A stretch of DNA of 64,000 nucleotides, taken from Eledone cirrhosa (taxonomy: Eukaryota). The notes beneath the pieces were generated by a model that did no database searches, had not been told where the DNA came from, and saw nothing but the letters and a program-made list of their open reading frames with translations. Positions 14,589 through 31,634 of the stretch are shown here, piece by piece. A program made the translations under genes and the position numbers. The number at the start of each line of letters is the position of its first letter. Positions within the stretch are counted from its first letter, which is position 1. The DNA lies in NCBI GenBank assembly GCA_964016885.1, contig OZ024740.1, positions 374,108,001 to 374,172,000 of the forward strand, read 5' to 3'.

Positions 14589-14713
14589 CATACATACATA
14601 TGTATATATATATATAGGAAAGAGGTGTAAGTCAAAATGTTGAACATAACTTTGTTTTACATATTTATACTGTTATATATATTTCGGTGATTAAGCCACA
14701 CATACTAGAATTA

Positions 14714-14749
<36 letters not shown>

Positions 14750-14758
14750 ATATATATA

Positions 14759-14822
<64 letters not shown>

Positions 14823-14894
14823 TATGTGTGAGTATATATATATATATATACATATGTGTGAGTATATATATATATACATAAACATATAAGTATG

Positions 14895-14925
<31 letters not shown>

Positions 14926-14961
14926 GTGTGTATATATATACATATACATATATGTATGTAT

Positions 14962-15559
14962 AGTTGGTGCTACTGGTAACATGTATCCCAGTACAACCTG
15001 TCCCATGGTCGGGTCGTTGGCGACTAAACTGGCAACCCCACCAAGGTTTCTTGGTGAGGAGGGTGACTTTGGACATCCTGCAGGACTAAAAACAAAACCT
15101 GTCAAAGCTCAAAGGAGCTCTTAAGAGTCAATTGCCATCCAAAATCACCGGGAGAGATGACCCCTTAGCCTTTGTCAAGGCAGAATTCTAGGAGAAGGAA
15201 CACTCTGATATCACACCTGCAACCCTGATGATATCCAATGATGTTGACTTGTTCTTCTTTTCGGTAAATATCATCTTGGTTAAGAGAGTGGGACTGGCTT
15301 TGTGCAGTGCCTTTGCTCACTATAAAAACTTCACGGCACAGGCATTGCTTTATATCTGGAGATCTCTCTGCACTTGTCGTCACATGGTACCATGGGCCCA
15401 GCACTATGTGTCAATAATTGTCACATGTGTAGTGTTTGTACCGAGGTTTTCAAGTCGCTGGCCGGACTGAAAAGTCACACTCGTTCAGCGCATCGGTAGG
15501 GGTCCTCCTACATGGATATAAAGTAGTGGCCGTACTCGAAAACGAGTTGGCAGCCACCA
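14962..15559 (+). mobile_element. Near full-length family R retroposon
   Basis: Matches the 9616-10223 copy; inserted in TA/TATG repeats. Confidence 0.8.
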
Positions 15560-16387
15560 TATATATATATATAAATATATATACATATATATATGCATAC
15601 ATATATATATATATATATATATATGGATATATATATATATATATATGTATGCATATATATACACACACATATATATATATATATATAAATATTTAAATAT
15701 ATATTTATATATATCTGTGTGTGTGTATATCTCCGTGTGGATATGCCCGCGAATACCTCGTTGCAGTTAACTTGAGGTACGTGTGTTTTAACGGCTTCCG
15801 TTCTCCTGGGACACATTGAAAGCGACATCGATATTTCGTGAATATATTAACCGACCGCCGCTTTTCAAATAGTTGGCATTCCCATTCGAATTTTAACCTT
15901 ACTACATCTCAGATATGGATTAAGTAGTGACACAAGTTCATATACACTTATTCCTCAGTTGGTTCGTACGTCCTACTCGAAATAAAAAAAAATAAACATT
16001 TTTATCTGCTTGTGTATCGTAGTGTCTATATTGTCGCTTGACCCGCTAAGCTTATCAGCCGAATTTAGTTATTATATTAATATACGATATAGAAAACTAT
16101 AGTAACAAAACAGAGAAATGTGGAACATTAGAGAATAAATATTTCGTACATTATGGCTAGTAGAGATCAATGAGTCAAGTCATGAAACATTTGATCGATC
16201 ATGACAACCTTTACGCTAAACGTCAAGAACATTATGTTAACGTTAACGTCGGTGAAGACGGTGACAATAGTAATGATGATGATGAGAGTAATCAGGATTA
16301 TGTTGATGATTAATAAACATGTTCTCATTTGAATATTCATGACCATCTTCATATAGAAGCCTTTCAACGTATATCTATGAATCTTTG

Positions 16388-16530
16388 ATTCGGCGAGTTC
16401 GCACAGACGTTATAAAACATTTGCTAGAAAGCTTTGTAGATTTTCCTCCGCCTCTCTATCGCTGAGTTCAAATCCCGCACAGGTCGACTTTGCTTTTCAT
16501 ATTTTCGAAGTCGTTAAAATATACCAGTCG
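16388..16530 (+). mobile_element. Diverged S1-related SINE
   Basis: CTGAGTTCAAATCCCGC..GGTCGACTTTGCTTTTCAT. Confidence 0.6.
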
Positions 16531-16534
16531 ATAT

Positions 16535-16603
<69 letters not shown>

Positions 16604-16919
16604 ATCTATCTTTTTCTACCGCTGTTTGGAAAAAATCAAAATTGTTCCGACCTGGGGAAAGAATATGTTCCGTATAATTCAAATGTTTCTCGACAGTCCT
16701 CTTACGACACAATCTGGAGTTACGAGTCAATGCACACACACACACACACACACAGACGCACACACACATACGCACACACACACACACGCACACATACATA
16801 TACTATTGTGGTTTATGCTAGAAATCGACTGTCTCTCTCTCTCTATTGGTAAACCTTTATAAAATTATAAAACCAGAGTAACATACATACTTACATATGT
16901 TTATGATATTGATGTTGAA

Positions 16920-17011
16920 ACCACCACTACTACTACTCCTACTACTACTACTACTACGACGACGACGACGTCGACGAATACTACTATTACTACTACTGCT
17001 AGTACTACTCC

Positions 17012-17045
<34 letters not shown>

Positions 17046-17070
17046 TATTACTATCATTATTACTATTATT
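16920..17070. repeat. (CTA)n/(CGA)n/(TAG)n compound trinucleotide repeat
   Basis: Directly visible. Confidence 0.85.
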
Positions 17071-18799
17071 ATGTGCCCGATATACATAACATTGGTAGTC
17101 ACAATTACAAAATGTACCATCTCTTTTCTCAACATCATCACCAGCAGTTGTACTTTAATCAGTATCAGCATTATCATTATGTTCACTACAATTTACGCCC
17201 CCGCCCCCAGAAGTGTTAATACTCTACTCCTTGAATCTCTAAATAAAATTCGTTTAGTTTCAAATTTCATTTTGATGGCCTGAAATATTCAGCGGATCTT
17301 TCTCACATCCTCCTTAGTAACGCGTTCGCCATTTTGTCCTCCGAAATAAGGAAATATTTGTGCTTCACGCGGTGTTATTCTTTGTTTATTAAAGATACTC
17401 GAACAGAATAGTTTGTTATCTACGTTTAACAGTAAGTTCTTCCAACAATAGAACACTTCCAAAGTTATATCATTTCACAAGTTACATACATAGAATATTT
17501 CATAATACTTTTTTTCGGGTGATAATTGTAGTTTACAGATTGAGAGGAACAGAAACATCTCCTGGTACATGACATACATTTATATCTATAAATTCTGAAG
17601 TGCGCCTTGTTACCTTGGTAATCTTACATTTTCGTATTACATAATCGTTACAGTGTCGTTTATAAAGCCTTGTTCTAATTGGTTACATATTTTTACACTA
17701 TTTTAAATTTGACCGTGATCAACATTGCCTCTCCACATCCGGTGTCGAAAAGTAAATTACTAATCAAGTACTGGCGTCGGTGTATTTGAGAGTTCGCCAT
17801 TTAACGATGTGCTGGCTCTGTGCCTGAATTAGAGACATTTATTAATTATCAGCATCAGCATCATCATAGGTGCCGAAGGCCAATGTTAATAATGTGGTAT
17901 GACGTATTCAAGCCATTAACGTATTCAAGCCTTTAACCAGTGCATATAAGCTGGTAATAGTATGTTGAATATTTGATACAGCATTGGGTGGGTGGATAAT
18001 TACTGAGGCGAAATAATCTTTACTTTTTATATTATAGTAGTATTAGGGAGATAAACAGCAGAATTATTAGAAGACCCGAGGAAAAAATTGTGTAAAATTA
18101 GTTAATGTTACTTAAAACTTGTGTAACATTAGTTTACGTCTTAAAATTACGTCCCTTGAGCATTTGCGTTCAAACCCTCTAATGTTCGACTCTGAATTTC
18201 ATGCCCATTGGGATTGTAAGAAAAAAATGAATATGCGCGTACACGGTCGGGGGGTTGTTGGGAAACTTTGATTGCCGGGAATAATGATTTGCAGAAATTA
18301 GTTATTTTTCCTTTTGTTATTAGTCACCTCTCCTACAACGTACGATTATGCCTTTCATACAGCAAACACTATTGATTCTTCAGATATGGTTAGTCATTAA
18401 GGTATTACAAATCTTGAACTGATATAAGAAATATTATTCAATAAAAATAAAGTAACAGTTTTTATATTGAAATGTTCAACAGGTTTTACAGCATAACCAA
18501 GTACACTTCCATGTTATTGACATGTTGGCAACAATTTGTTGTATGGAATTTACCTCCGTCAATTTCAGCGATGAATATTTGTCTGATCAACGGAACTGCC
18601 TGATCACGAAATCATAGTGCAAGCAACAGACACGTGAAACTTTAACGTAAGTCTCAGGAAGAATTAGACTGACATATTATGACAAGTCTGTTCCTTAAAA
18701 GTACAGGTATAGTCACTTCGAAGATTATGACATCTGAGAGGTTCACAGCAAGCTACACGTTAGGATCGAACCCAGTATTTAATCACTGTGGAGAACTCT

Positions 18800-19380
18800 T
18801 TAATTAAAATTACTCTTATCACTCTTTGTATAGTGTTAATATTTTGCTATCTGTGTGTCTTTTATGTTGTTTTTAAACTTATTTTAATGTGTTGTAAGTC
18901 GTGTAGAACAGATCGGATATGAGTGATATTATTTTGTTGTACGTTTGGTGTTATATAGCTAAGTGTCGGGTGGTGGTTGTGAAGAGTAAGTGCTGACTGC
19001 GTTGTCTTAAATTAATGGCTTGCAACTATGTTGAATATGAGTTGTGTGAGTTTTGGCATTACAGTGTCAGGAATCGATTATGTAAGTGTGTGTTGTTTTA
19101 TTTTATTGGGTGTCGATTGTATAGAGTAAGTATTGTAATATATAATTTGATGGTGTTTCTGAAAATAATGTGCTGTATGATTTGGTATATGTTATGATAT
19201 TTTTATATAGTATCTGCTCTGTATAGAGAATTTATTATATGAGTTATGCAGTAACATTCGAAAGTCTCTCTCTTGCGTAGGATGCTGGTCTCTACGTAGG
19301 AGCCCTATATTGTGTACTGTTTGTAACGTTCTGAACTCCGGTATGGTATATACATGTTATGTTTTGTTCGTGTCTTTGTC
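18800..19380 (-). pseudogene. Possible heavily decayed LINE ORF2 C-terminal remnant
   Basis: Minus-strand peptide fragments (LQTVHN, QPPPD, HIRS) in the order expected for an RTEX/I-like C-terminus; many stops. Confidence 0.25.
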
Positions 19381-20929
19381 ACAATTAGTATTCAAATTAT
19401 ATCATCGCCATCATCGTCATCATTTATTTATTTATTCATTCATTCTTTCATTTATTTTATTGATATTATTTATTTAAAGTCACAAAAATGTAACAGCTTT
19501 GAACAAACATATAATCGTATAAACTGATGAGTCTCGCAAAAATGGGATCATTGAATTCACCTTTTCATATTTTTCTCAACAGAATCAGTTATTCCTTTTA
19601 ATATAACGTCTAGTAGAGATAAAGTTTATTCTTTCTACTTTTTTTTCTTTTGCAATTGTTCGGTGTCCACTGCCTCCGGCGGACCCCAGTCGAAATTATA
19701 GTAAAAGAAATCTGACTAAACTCTCCCCTGACACCTACCCACACTTCTGCCGTCGGCATTAGAACTCGAAAAAGAATCGTCGTCAACAGTCAAATTTCTC
19801 ACTACCACAAAGAACTACAGTTACAATAACAATGGAAAGTGTACTACTCACTCGCTCTACTAGCTGAAAATAGCAGTCACATTTATCTGATATAAAATTA
19901 TTCAATAAGAGAAAAATAGGGACAAATTGACTAATAAGTCTGTATTGTGTGCACTATTTCGCCAAACCTGGGAAGGCTTTGATCATATCTGATCAATCCC
20001 AAAAGACATGGGGCTAAACAACTAAAAAAACATTACGAAAAATACAACTCGCATAACTGATCTCCACAAATATATACTAAATAATGATTTACACCACCAA
20101 AAAGGCGACTACTACACTTACTACTACTACCACCACCAAAACCACCAGCACCACTACTACTACTACTACAATTATTATACTATTATACTATTATACTACT
20201 AATGCTACTACTACTATTATTATCTCATTCCCTGCTGTTTGGAAAATGACCATAAGTCATAAAATTCACGTTTTAAACAAATGTATTATAATTTTATCAC
20301 ATAATAACATTATCACTACTTCTACTACTATTGAAAGTGTTACTTGCTCTTCAGAACTCCGAAGACATTTGCAGTAAAGACAATTATTGTATTACTGGTA
20401 CTTGTAAATGGGAATGAAATTCCAAAATTGAAATATATAAGATTTGAACAGGCATGCATTCCTAAAAAATATCCCATGAAGCACGCAGCATGAAGTCATT
20501 CTTCAGATGGATCCAACATACCTCACAGGCCAAAAAGTAATGATAATAATTAAAATTATCTTCATAATAAAAAGATATATATTTTATGAAGAGCGGATTT
20601 AGTGTCAAATTAATTGATGTAACAGGTATTTATTTTATATCCCCTAGGTTAAATGCAGTGTCAATGTCAGTGAGATTTGATCTCTGTATATACATGCAGG
20701 TAACTGAATACAACAAATATCCGACAGTATTATGTTACGACTACAATATCGACCATAACAACAACACTATTAATAAGACAATAAGGAAACTGAGCCTATT
20801 AGAAATAGCAGCTAAACCTTCATCAAATGATACATTGCCCTGTAGAAAAGGGAACGATATATTGAATATTGCTTGATGGCTGCATGGCGAAAAGCATTTA
20901 AAAAAAAAAGTGTGTTAAACCATCCCAAG

Positions 20930-21480
20930 TACATGACTGGTACTTTATTTAATCGACATCAGGAGATTGAAAGGTAAATTTATCACGATGTGTTTTGAAA
21001 TCAGGACCGGATTAAAAACTGAGCATGTGCCCGAGGTTCTAACGACTATGCCAATCCACCCCCCTAGTAATGATAATAATAATTGTTTCTATGTTTTGCA
21101 CAAGGCCAGCAATTACCCAGTGCATTACTGGTACTTTATTTTATCGACCCCGTAAGGATGAAAGGCAAAGTTAACCTCGGCGGGATTTGAACTCAGAACG
21201 GCAAGGGCCGTAACTCTATACGTCAAATATGGCGTCCGACCCTCTACCAATACTGCCAATCCACCTGATTTCTGATTTAGGCACAAGGCCAGCAACTGTG
21301 TGGAGGGGAAAAGTCGTGTAAATCGACCAGAGTGCGTTACTGGTACTTTATTTAATCGACACATAACGATAAAAAACAAAACTAATATTGGCAGGGTTCG
21401 AACTCGGAATATAAAAAGCCATAACTATATGCCAAAAAGCATGTTGTCTGACAGTCCAACGGCTATGCCAATCCAACGCC
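20930..21480 (-). mobile_element. Cluster of three tandem S1-type SINE copies (best copy 21083-21265)
   Basis: ACTGGTACTTTATTT.ATCGAC and GCCAATCCA motifs recur three times. Confidence 0.8.
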
Positions 21481-22859
21481 CTATTGTTGATAGGAAATAT
21501 TCTTAATTTCTGTTATTCACCAGAAGGACATCGGACGGAGAAACCAATTTTCCAATGTTAAAGACTAAATAGTTGTGTGGGTTTTGTAAATACATATACC
21601 AACAGGGCATTTCAGACACACACGCCCACGCACTAACAGGCATTCACATACATGCACACACGAACACACAAATACACACACACATATACATGTGTGAGTT
21701 GTGTGTGTGTGTTGTGACTCTGTGTTTGTGAGAGTATGTATATGTGTGTGTCTGTGTTTGTATTTGTGTTTGTGTGTGTTTGTTTGTGTGTGTGTGTGCA
21801 TGTGTGTAGTGAGTCAAGTGTAGCCGAAGTCGACTTAAGTATAATTTGAACTCCGAACACAGAATGAGCAGATCGAATATTTTAAATCACTTTAAATTTA
21901 TCGAATCCTGCTTTCTAACATAGACACAAAGCTCACGTTGGGTGGGAGGATGCACTTGATTACATTTACACTAGTAATTGACAACTTCTTCACCTCATTA
22001 AGCTTAGAAAGATGGTAGTCAAGAGTGATACTATCGGGATTTGAACATACACTATCATGACCAAATATTGAAAACTGTTTTGACTTCAGCGCTATTGAAT
22101 TTTCCATGACATCACACCAAAAATACTGATATTTTTCATAATAAATAAAAGAAATTTAAATTTCCGTCTAAAGAGGTAGAACCCAGTTTAAGGGACGAAC
22201 ATCATATTTTATAACTTGATATATTAAATACGTAGCCTATAATGTTCGGCCTCATTAAGTTTCGAACCCGTGTTGCGAAGTCAGGTCATCTAAGAAGCAG
22301 CTATGCACTGTGATACTACGTCAAAACGCTATTTTGGACAATAGTCATTCCTTTACTAAGAGAAACGTGTTACATTGCAACAAGACTAATAGTCAAGTAA
22401 ACGAAAAAGAAAAAAAAAGATAAAGAAAAAGAGGTAGATCTGAATAGAAGACTTTGATGCCATTCTCAAGGCCAATTAACTTTCGAAGTCAACTAATTGG
22501 CCGTAAGCCAAGAACATGATACCGGGACCTGGTTGTAGACAGTAGTTATATGAAAACATTCCGACATGCCATAGATAAAGACAGCAACAGTAAAAACAAG
22601 TGGAACAACTATCAGAAAAAAACAACATGAGTAGCAGCAACAATTATATGGGCAATGAAATATCTATGTTCTTATTGAAAAACAGAAATTTCAAATAATA
22701 ATGACATGCCTTAATGATTGGCTTTCCAAATAATAATAATACAGATTCATATATAATACAGTATGGTTCACATTCACGCATATAAAAACACTCACACACA
22801 TGTGTGAATCTGCGGGTGAGCGTATGTATACATCATATGCAATAATGTAGGATATAGCA

Positions 22860-24600
<1,741 letters not shown>

Positions 24601-24984
24601 TATGTATATTTCTCTAAATATTTACATATGTGTGTGTTTATGAGTGTGTGTATGGGTGTGTCTCCGTGGGTGTTTGAGTGCTTTCTAATTTTTCATCACT
24701 CTTTTATTACACTCTTTTTATTTTTAGTTAAAAAATTCAAGAAAGTTACCTGATAGTTGATTCGTAAATCCGAGAGCGAAAACAAACAAACAATTAAATA
24801 AACTTATTTAAATGTGTAGCCCTGTACTATCCAAGAGATTTTTCTGTTTGGCAGGAGGACTGGCAGAGAAAAATCAGGCTGTGTCGTTTATTGGTGCTGT
24901 GCCTTCCAGCACGACAGACTCTAACATTTCGGTATAGCTCTCTGGATAGCTAACCGGAGACTTTTGCAAGAACAGTTTTAACGT

Positions 24985-26700
24985 TATAGCAGCACCACCA
25001 ACATCAGCAGCAGCGTCAGCAGCAGCGGCAGCACCAGCGTTAGTACAGCAGCAATGCTTTAGTAGAGGTTGCAGTCGCAGCAGCAGCAACAGCAGCAGTA
25101 GGAGTAGGGACAGCAACTCCGACAGCAGCAGGTTGCAGCAGTACCTACAGCGACAGTGATAGTTTTGGTAGCGGTGAGAGATTGAATGAATGAATCAATC
25201 AATGAATGATGGAATGATGGAATGATGGAATGATAGAATAGAAAGAGGCAGTGTTGGGGGAGGTAGTAGTATAATGGCGGTAGTTTTATAGTATTATAGT
25301 GGCTGTGGTAATCATGGATGTATATGTGTTCAGATGGAGAAGGTGGTGATTGCTGTTAACGCTTAGTGTCGGGGGTGGGATTGACAGTGGTGGTGGTGAT
25401 ATTACTTTCAGTCTTGTTTGTAGTGATGCTGATTGACAATAACTCTATTTGTCTGGCGGTAGCGTTGATTGTGCTTGATTGGAAGGTTGTGGAGTTGATG
25501 ATATTTGATGGTGATGATGATGATGAAGGCATTGGCGGTCGTGGTGGGGTAGTGATAGTCTTAGTGATTATTGCAGCACTCGTGTTTGTGTTAATGGTAT
25601 GGAACATATAGTGTAGTTAGTGGTAATAGTGTAGATTTTGTTGCAGGTGGTGTTGCTGGTGGAGGTGGTGATGGATGACTGTGTTGGTTTGGTTGTTAGG
25701 GGTGGTCGTGCTGGTGATTGGTGGTATTAGTAGCGATAGTTTGCCGCCCCATTTATGACGAAAGACATTCCAGTCTTGCCAATTTCATATTGTTTTTAGG
25801 AATAGTATATCTAGGATTAAATTAGTCAGTGTACTCTTCCTGGCTTGATAACGGTATGGTGATATATGAAACAAATGTCTCTAACGTTTAAAGCAGGTAG
25901 AGTGAACACATAGAGCCTTCGTCTTTGGCCCATGTGTTTGTGTTTGTTTATTAAAGTGGTACATTCTGGAGTTGTGGTAAATGTTATGTTTTTAGGTGGG
26001 GGAGATCGGGATATCTGTGTAGTTGTGGGGTGATAGTAATGTCACTACTGTTATTTGTGGTAGTCGTTAAAACATTGATATTATAACGACAATGGTTGTT
26101 ATGATGGTGTTGTCTATAGTGCTATATTTGGGGTGGCGTGAATGTCAATGTTTGTAGTGCCAATGCAATGATGGTGATTGTAGTTGTGTTTTTGTTTTAA
26201 AGAAGGGGAAGTGATAGTGGTTGTGTTGGTTGTATTTCTGTAGATAATGCCGGTAACGATCGGTGTTCTGCTAGTACTTGCTATGTTGGTAGTTCTTTTA
26301 GTGGTAGCAGTGTAGGCAGTAGTGTGGTGCTGATTTCATAACAATTATCATTGTAATTGTGTTAATATTATTTGTAGGGGTACTGGTAATGTTGCTGCTT
26401 ATGGCGGTGATAGAATTGCAGATAAGGATGTGATATTAATAGTGCTAGCGGTAGTGGTATTAGAAATACTGAGTTCATTTCTTTGATGGATAATCACTCT
26501 AGTGTTCAGGAGAGAGATAGTACTAATGATGGGAGTGGTGACCAAAGCAGTATGGCATGATATACTGCTGGTTGAATGATAGTGGTTGCTAAGAAATTAT
26601 ATATTTTGCTGTAGTATGGTTGGCGTTGTAGAAGTGGTAAGGTGTTAGTGATGGTGTGCTGTTCGTTTGAGGAGTGGCGGTACCCACTTATTGGAAGTGG
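24985..26700. repeat. (CAG)n followed by degenerate GGT/GAT/GTA/GTT low-complexity tract
   Basis: G/T-skewed cryptic trinucleotide sequence. Confidence 0.7.
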
Positions 26701-26825
26701 TCTTAGCTATAAAGCTAATGACTATAACTTGGAGGAAGAGAAATCCGTGAAAGAAAGATGAGGAAAAGAATTCAACAAAAGAGGATTACCAGGTGGGAAT
26801 AGGACTTGCAAATGAAGTTTATCGC

Positions 26826-26826
<1 letters not shown>

Positions 26827-26894
<68 letters not shown>

Positions 26895-26899
26895 CGTAA

Positions 26900-26933
<34 letters not shown>
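26827..26933. repeat. (AGT)n microsatellite
   Basis: Directly visible. Confidence 0.95.
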
Positions 26934-26934
<1 letters not shown>

Positions 26935-27039
26935 AAAAGTACAATGAAATGTGTGGTGACGACGATAAAAATGACGATGATCATGATAAAATTATAAATA
27001 TTAATAACAATGATAACACTAATAATACTAATAATAATG

Positions 27040-27245
27040 ATTTCTACTATAGGCACAAGGCCAGCAAATTAGGAGGAGGGTAAACTCGATTCAATCGACC
27101 CCAGTGCATTACTGGTGCTTTATTTTATCGACCCCATAAGGTTGAAAGACAAAGCTTACCTCCGCGAGATTTGAAATCAGAAGCTAAAGTGCCGTAAATC
27201 TATGCTACGAAGCATGGTGTTTGACGCTCTACTAATATTGCCTGG
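27040..27245 (-). mobile_element. S1-type SINE with AAT tail
   Basis: GGCACAAGGCCAGCAA, CCCAGTGCATTACTGG and TTTTATCGACCCC motifs. Confidence 0.8.
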
Positions 27246-28069
27246 AACGCCTTTGACCATAGGTCTTCTCAATGAGACCGATCAGTGGAAAAAATCCGCC
27301 ACAACCTGAACAGCGGGATGCAAATATATTGAATACAATACATTTCCTGTCATAAACTGAGAGTTCCGGGATGGATAACATTGAATAAGATTACTTATAA
27401 ACACATGTTGTATCGAGTGATATCAACAACTGTAGAAGGACGTTAGATTGGAACAATTGGGAGAAGGACGTTGGGGTGTTGGAGAGCATGAAGATGCAAT
27501 TAAGAAGAAGAAGAAGAAGAAGAAGAAGACTTAATACAATATGAAAAGAAACCAAAATCGAAAAACACGTAAAAAGATACGTAAAAGAAAGGAAGGCGAG
27601 ATAGAATAGAATGAAATTGTTATGAGAAAAACGAGAAGACAAACAAGAAGAGACAGGAAGGAATAAAATCCGTAAAATAAAGGGAGAAAAATTAGGAAGT
27701 GATGGAACAAAAATGAGAAAAAACGAAAACGGTAGATACAGGCGGGTCGGGTAAAGAATAAAACTAAACTAAAAGTGCCCTAATAAGGTGTGGAAAATGA
27801 AGCAACGAGAAATAAAGAGAAATGAAAACTCGGATACATGGAAGAATGAGGAGGAGCTTTGAAGGAGCAGCTCAAGACAAGGAAAGGAAGGGAAAATTGT
27901 GATTAGAGAGAAACTTCTCACGTAATGTATCAGTGTTATGGTTGTTGATAAAAGTTGTTTGGGTATAAAGGTCATTTCAAATGGAATACGTTGATGGTGA
28001 TAATTCTACTGTTGTTACAAATGATGATGTTCGTATTTTGTTAATATTTACATTAGTGATGGGTTCGTG

Positions 28070-28270
28070 CATTGGTAGAATCATTTGAGCGTTGGAGAAA
28101 ATGTCTTTACTATATTCAGTTACGGTTCTTACCTTCTGATTTCAAACCAAACGGAGGTTAGTTTTGTCTTTCATCTTCCTGGGATCCATATAATGCACTG
28201 GGATCGAAGTAATCATCTTTGCTTTTCTTTGGAACTTTTAGACTTGTAGCTAAATTAGAAGTCAATATTT
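28070..28270 (+). mobile_element. Diverged S1-related SINE
   Basis: Degenerate A/B boxes, TAATGCACTGGG, CTAAATTAGAA 3' end. Confidence 0.5.
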
Positions 28271-28353
28271 GAACACACACACCAACACAAACATATATAT
28301 ATGTATATATATGTATGTATATATGTATATATATCTGGAATTTTACCCGCCCT

Positions 28354-28396
<43 letters not shown>

Positions 28397-28463
28397 CTGC
28401 ACATTACGATTGCATTCGTTAGCTTAGATGTAACCAGAGCTTCGATTATGCTGTACTTCCATT

Positions 28464-28527
<64 letters not shown>

Positions 28528-28574
28528 GTAATAAAAACAATAATAATGATAATAAAAATAATAATAATAATGAT

Positions 28575-31467
28575 ATGATCTGAATGCTGAGATAAATAAT
28601 ACCCGGAACAGAGAAACGGCCACTGAGGAGATGGATGCTGACGGGCTAGGATAAGATTTGGTTGATATCCTAAACTTAGTGGTAGATGAATTGAACAATG
28701 ATAGTGGGAGACCTATGAACCTAAGATTTGTAGACAGGAAAAAGTTAAAAGAAACAACAGCTAAGGTAAACAAAGTTATCCCATAGGTTGAGGCAAGGAG
28801 CCTTCACCAGTACAACAATATCCTCAAAGCAACATCAAATACGGCGATAAAACTACTTGGTATAAATGCGAGAGCAAACAACAGATAAGAAAGAGCAGAG
28901 CCTTGGTGGAAGAAAAGACTGAGTGGTCAAATCAGGGAAATGAGAAATGACATTGGAAAGCTTGAGTCCCTACTGAATGGGATACTAAAAAACATAGACG
29001 CTAAAAATAGACTGGAAATAAAGTACAAAACTAGGAGGAAAAAGCTAAATATTATCATAGAGGAACTGAAGCAACGCATTGTAGCAAATAGTGCAAAAAT
29101 CAGGCGATACGAGAACAGAGACAGTCAGTATAGACAGAACCGCATGTTCGACAACAACAGGAAGATGCTGTTTGGACTGCTTGAAGGGAATGAAAGAGGC
29201 AACGACTTGATCCCTGAGGCGGAACAAACTAAAACATTCTGGAGAGGAATATGGGAGCAGGATGTTAAACATAATGACCAGGCAGTGTGGATTGAGACAG
29301 TACAAAAGGAGATCAGTGAACAGGCACACCAACAAACTGATTTGAGTATCACAGTTGAAACTCTTAAGGGGCAGGCCAAAAAACTAACCAACTGGAAATC
29401 ACCTGGCTCCGATGGTGTGCAGGGGTATTGGATTAAAAGGATAGCATCCCTCCACCCGAAACTGACAACCATGTTCAATGACTACTTGATGTCAGGTGAG
29501 GTACCAGAGTGGTTGACAAAAGGTACCACAGTTCTGATAATGAAAGACCGAATCAAGGGTAATGATGTTACCAATTATAGACCTATCACATGTCTGTCCG
29601 TAATGTGGAAACTGTTGACAAGCATTATGTCTGAGGACATCTACCATCACCTCCACACAAACAACTTGTTACCGGACGAACGTAAAGGATGCCGAAAGAA
29701 GTCACGTGGTACAAAGGACCAGTTACTTATTGATAAGATGGTAATGAGGAATTGCAAGAGGAGACACACTGGTCTTGCCATGGGATGGATAGACTACAAA
29801 AAGGCATTTGAAATGGTGCCTCATTCTTGGATCACCAAAAGCCTGGAGATCTTCAAGGTGGCAGATAACATCAGACAGTTGTTGGGCAAAAGTATGAAGT
29901 CCTGGGAAACAGAGTTAACATCAACTGGAGTTCCTTGGGAAGCGTGAAGATTAAGAGAGGTATCTTCCAGGGAGATAGTCTGTCCCCTCTGTTCTTTGTC
30001 CTTGCCCTGATGCCCCTGACCAGTGTATTGCGAAAAGTGAGAGGAGGATACAGGTTGGGAAAGGGAGGGCTTACCATCAATCTCCTCCTCTTCATGGACG
30101 ATCTTAAGCTCTTCGGGAAGAGTGAGAAGGAGTTGGATGTGCTTGTTGACACTGTCCGTATTTTCAGCAATGATATATGTATGCAATTTGGTATTAGTAA
30201 GTGTGGTGTCATTGTGATGAGGAGGGGTAAGTTGAGCAGAAGTAACGGGATCCAGATACCAACAGGTGAGATGATAAAGGAAATTGACTCTGAGGAAGGA
30301 TACAAATATTTGGGCGTTCTGGAGGCTGATGACATCAAGAACAATAAAATAAAGGAATTAATAAGAACTGAATACCTTCGGAAAGTAAGGAGCGTATTAA
30401 AGTCACATGTGAACAGAAGGAATGCCATAAGTGCAGTAAATTCCCGAGCTGTGTCTATTATTAGGTACAGTGTGGGAATTCTGAGATGGAAAGTTGCTGA
30501 ACAAAAAGAAATGGATAGGAAGACTAGGAAGCTATTGACTATCTACAACATGTTCCACAAGAGGAGTGATGTGGATAGACTCTACTTAAGGAGATCTGAA
30601 GGTGGAAGAGGTCTTATCAGCATAGAGTACTGTGTTCAGATGGAGAAAACAACCTACACAAATACGTGACTGATAGTAAGGAGCCAATGCTCAGAACTGT
30701 ACTGAAGGAGGGGACAATAGGACACGGGATGTCCAAGGAGGAAATAACATCAAGGAGAAAGAGCAGCCTTCAGAAAAAATCCCTTCATAGTACCTTCTTT
30801 GAGAAAACTGAATTTAGAGATCCACAGACATGGAACAGGTTGAAAAGAGGAGACCTTAAAAAGGCTACAGAAGTAATGTTAATGGCTGCGCAGGAGCAGG
30901 CCCTCAAAACGAAGTGGTTGAAATACCACATTTACACGGAGGAGGCTAGCCCACTGTGCAGGATCTGTGGAGAGAGAGAGGAGACTGTGGCTCACATTGT
31001 ATCCGAGTGTAAACACCTAGCCCAGACTCAGTATAAGGGCTGGAGACATGATGTGATGGGCAGGGTGATCCACTGGCACCTATGCAAAGTAAACAATTTA
31101 CCACATTCTGAGAAGTGGTATGAGCGTAAGCCAGAGGCATTGATATAAAACGATGAGGTGAAGGTGCTGTGGGATTTTAGGATACAGAGGGACAAGAAAC
31201 TGGAACACAATAGACTTGATCTGGTGGTTTTGGACAAAGAAAAAAGATCGTGCCTGATTGTGGATGTGGCCTGGCCATTCGACACAAGAGTGCAAGAGAA
31301 GGAGAGGGAGAAATTTAACCGATACCAGGACGCTTTAAAAGGCATGCTTGATGGGAACAGCAAGAACTCTCCGATACGTCCTGAATATCTGAGGCTGCAG
31401 GTAGTGGCTTGATATTCATTTCAACAAACTTTCCAGTTAACTAACATCAATGACTGAGACTCAAAGA
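28575..31467 (+). mobile_element. Dong/R4-clade non-LTR retrotransposon family 1, copy A (5'-truncated, frameshifted, 3' internal deletion)
   Basis: ORF pieces 28940-31412: NYRPITCL, GIFQGDSLSP, LLFMDDLKLF, CRICGE..H..C, RHD; flanked by (AAT)n on both sides. Confidence 0.9.
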
Positions 31468-31495
31468 GTAATAACAATAATAATAATAATAATAA

Positions 31496-31536
31496 TTGTT
31501 TCTACTTTTGGCACAAGGCCAGCAATTATTCCAGTG
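31496..31536 (-). mobile_element. S1 SINE 3'-terminal fragment between AAT tracts
   Basis: TTGTTTCTACTTTTGGCACAAGGCCAGCAATT. Confidence 0.8.
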
Positions 31537-31632
<96 letters not shown>

Positions 31633-31634
<2 letters not shown>

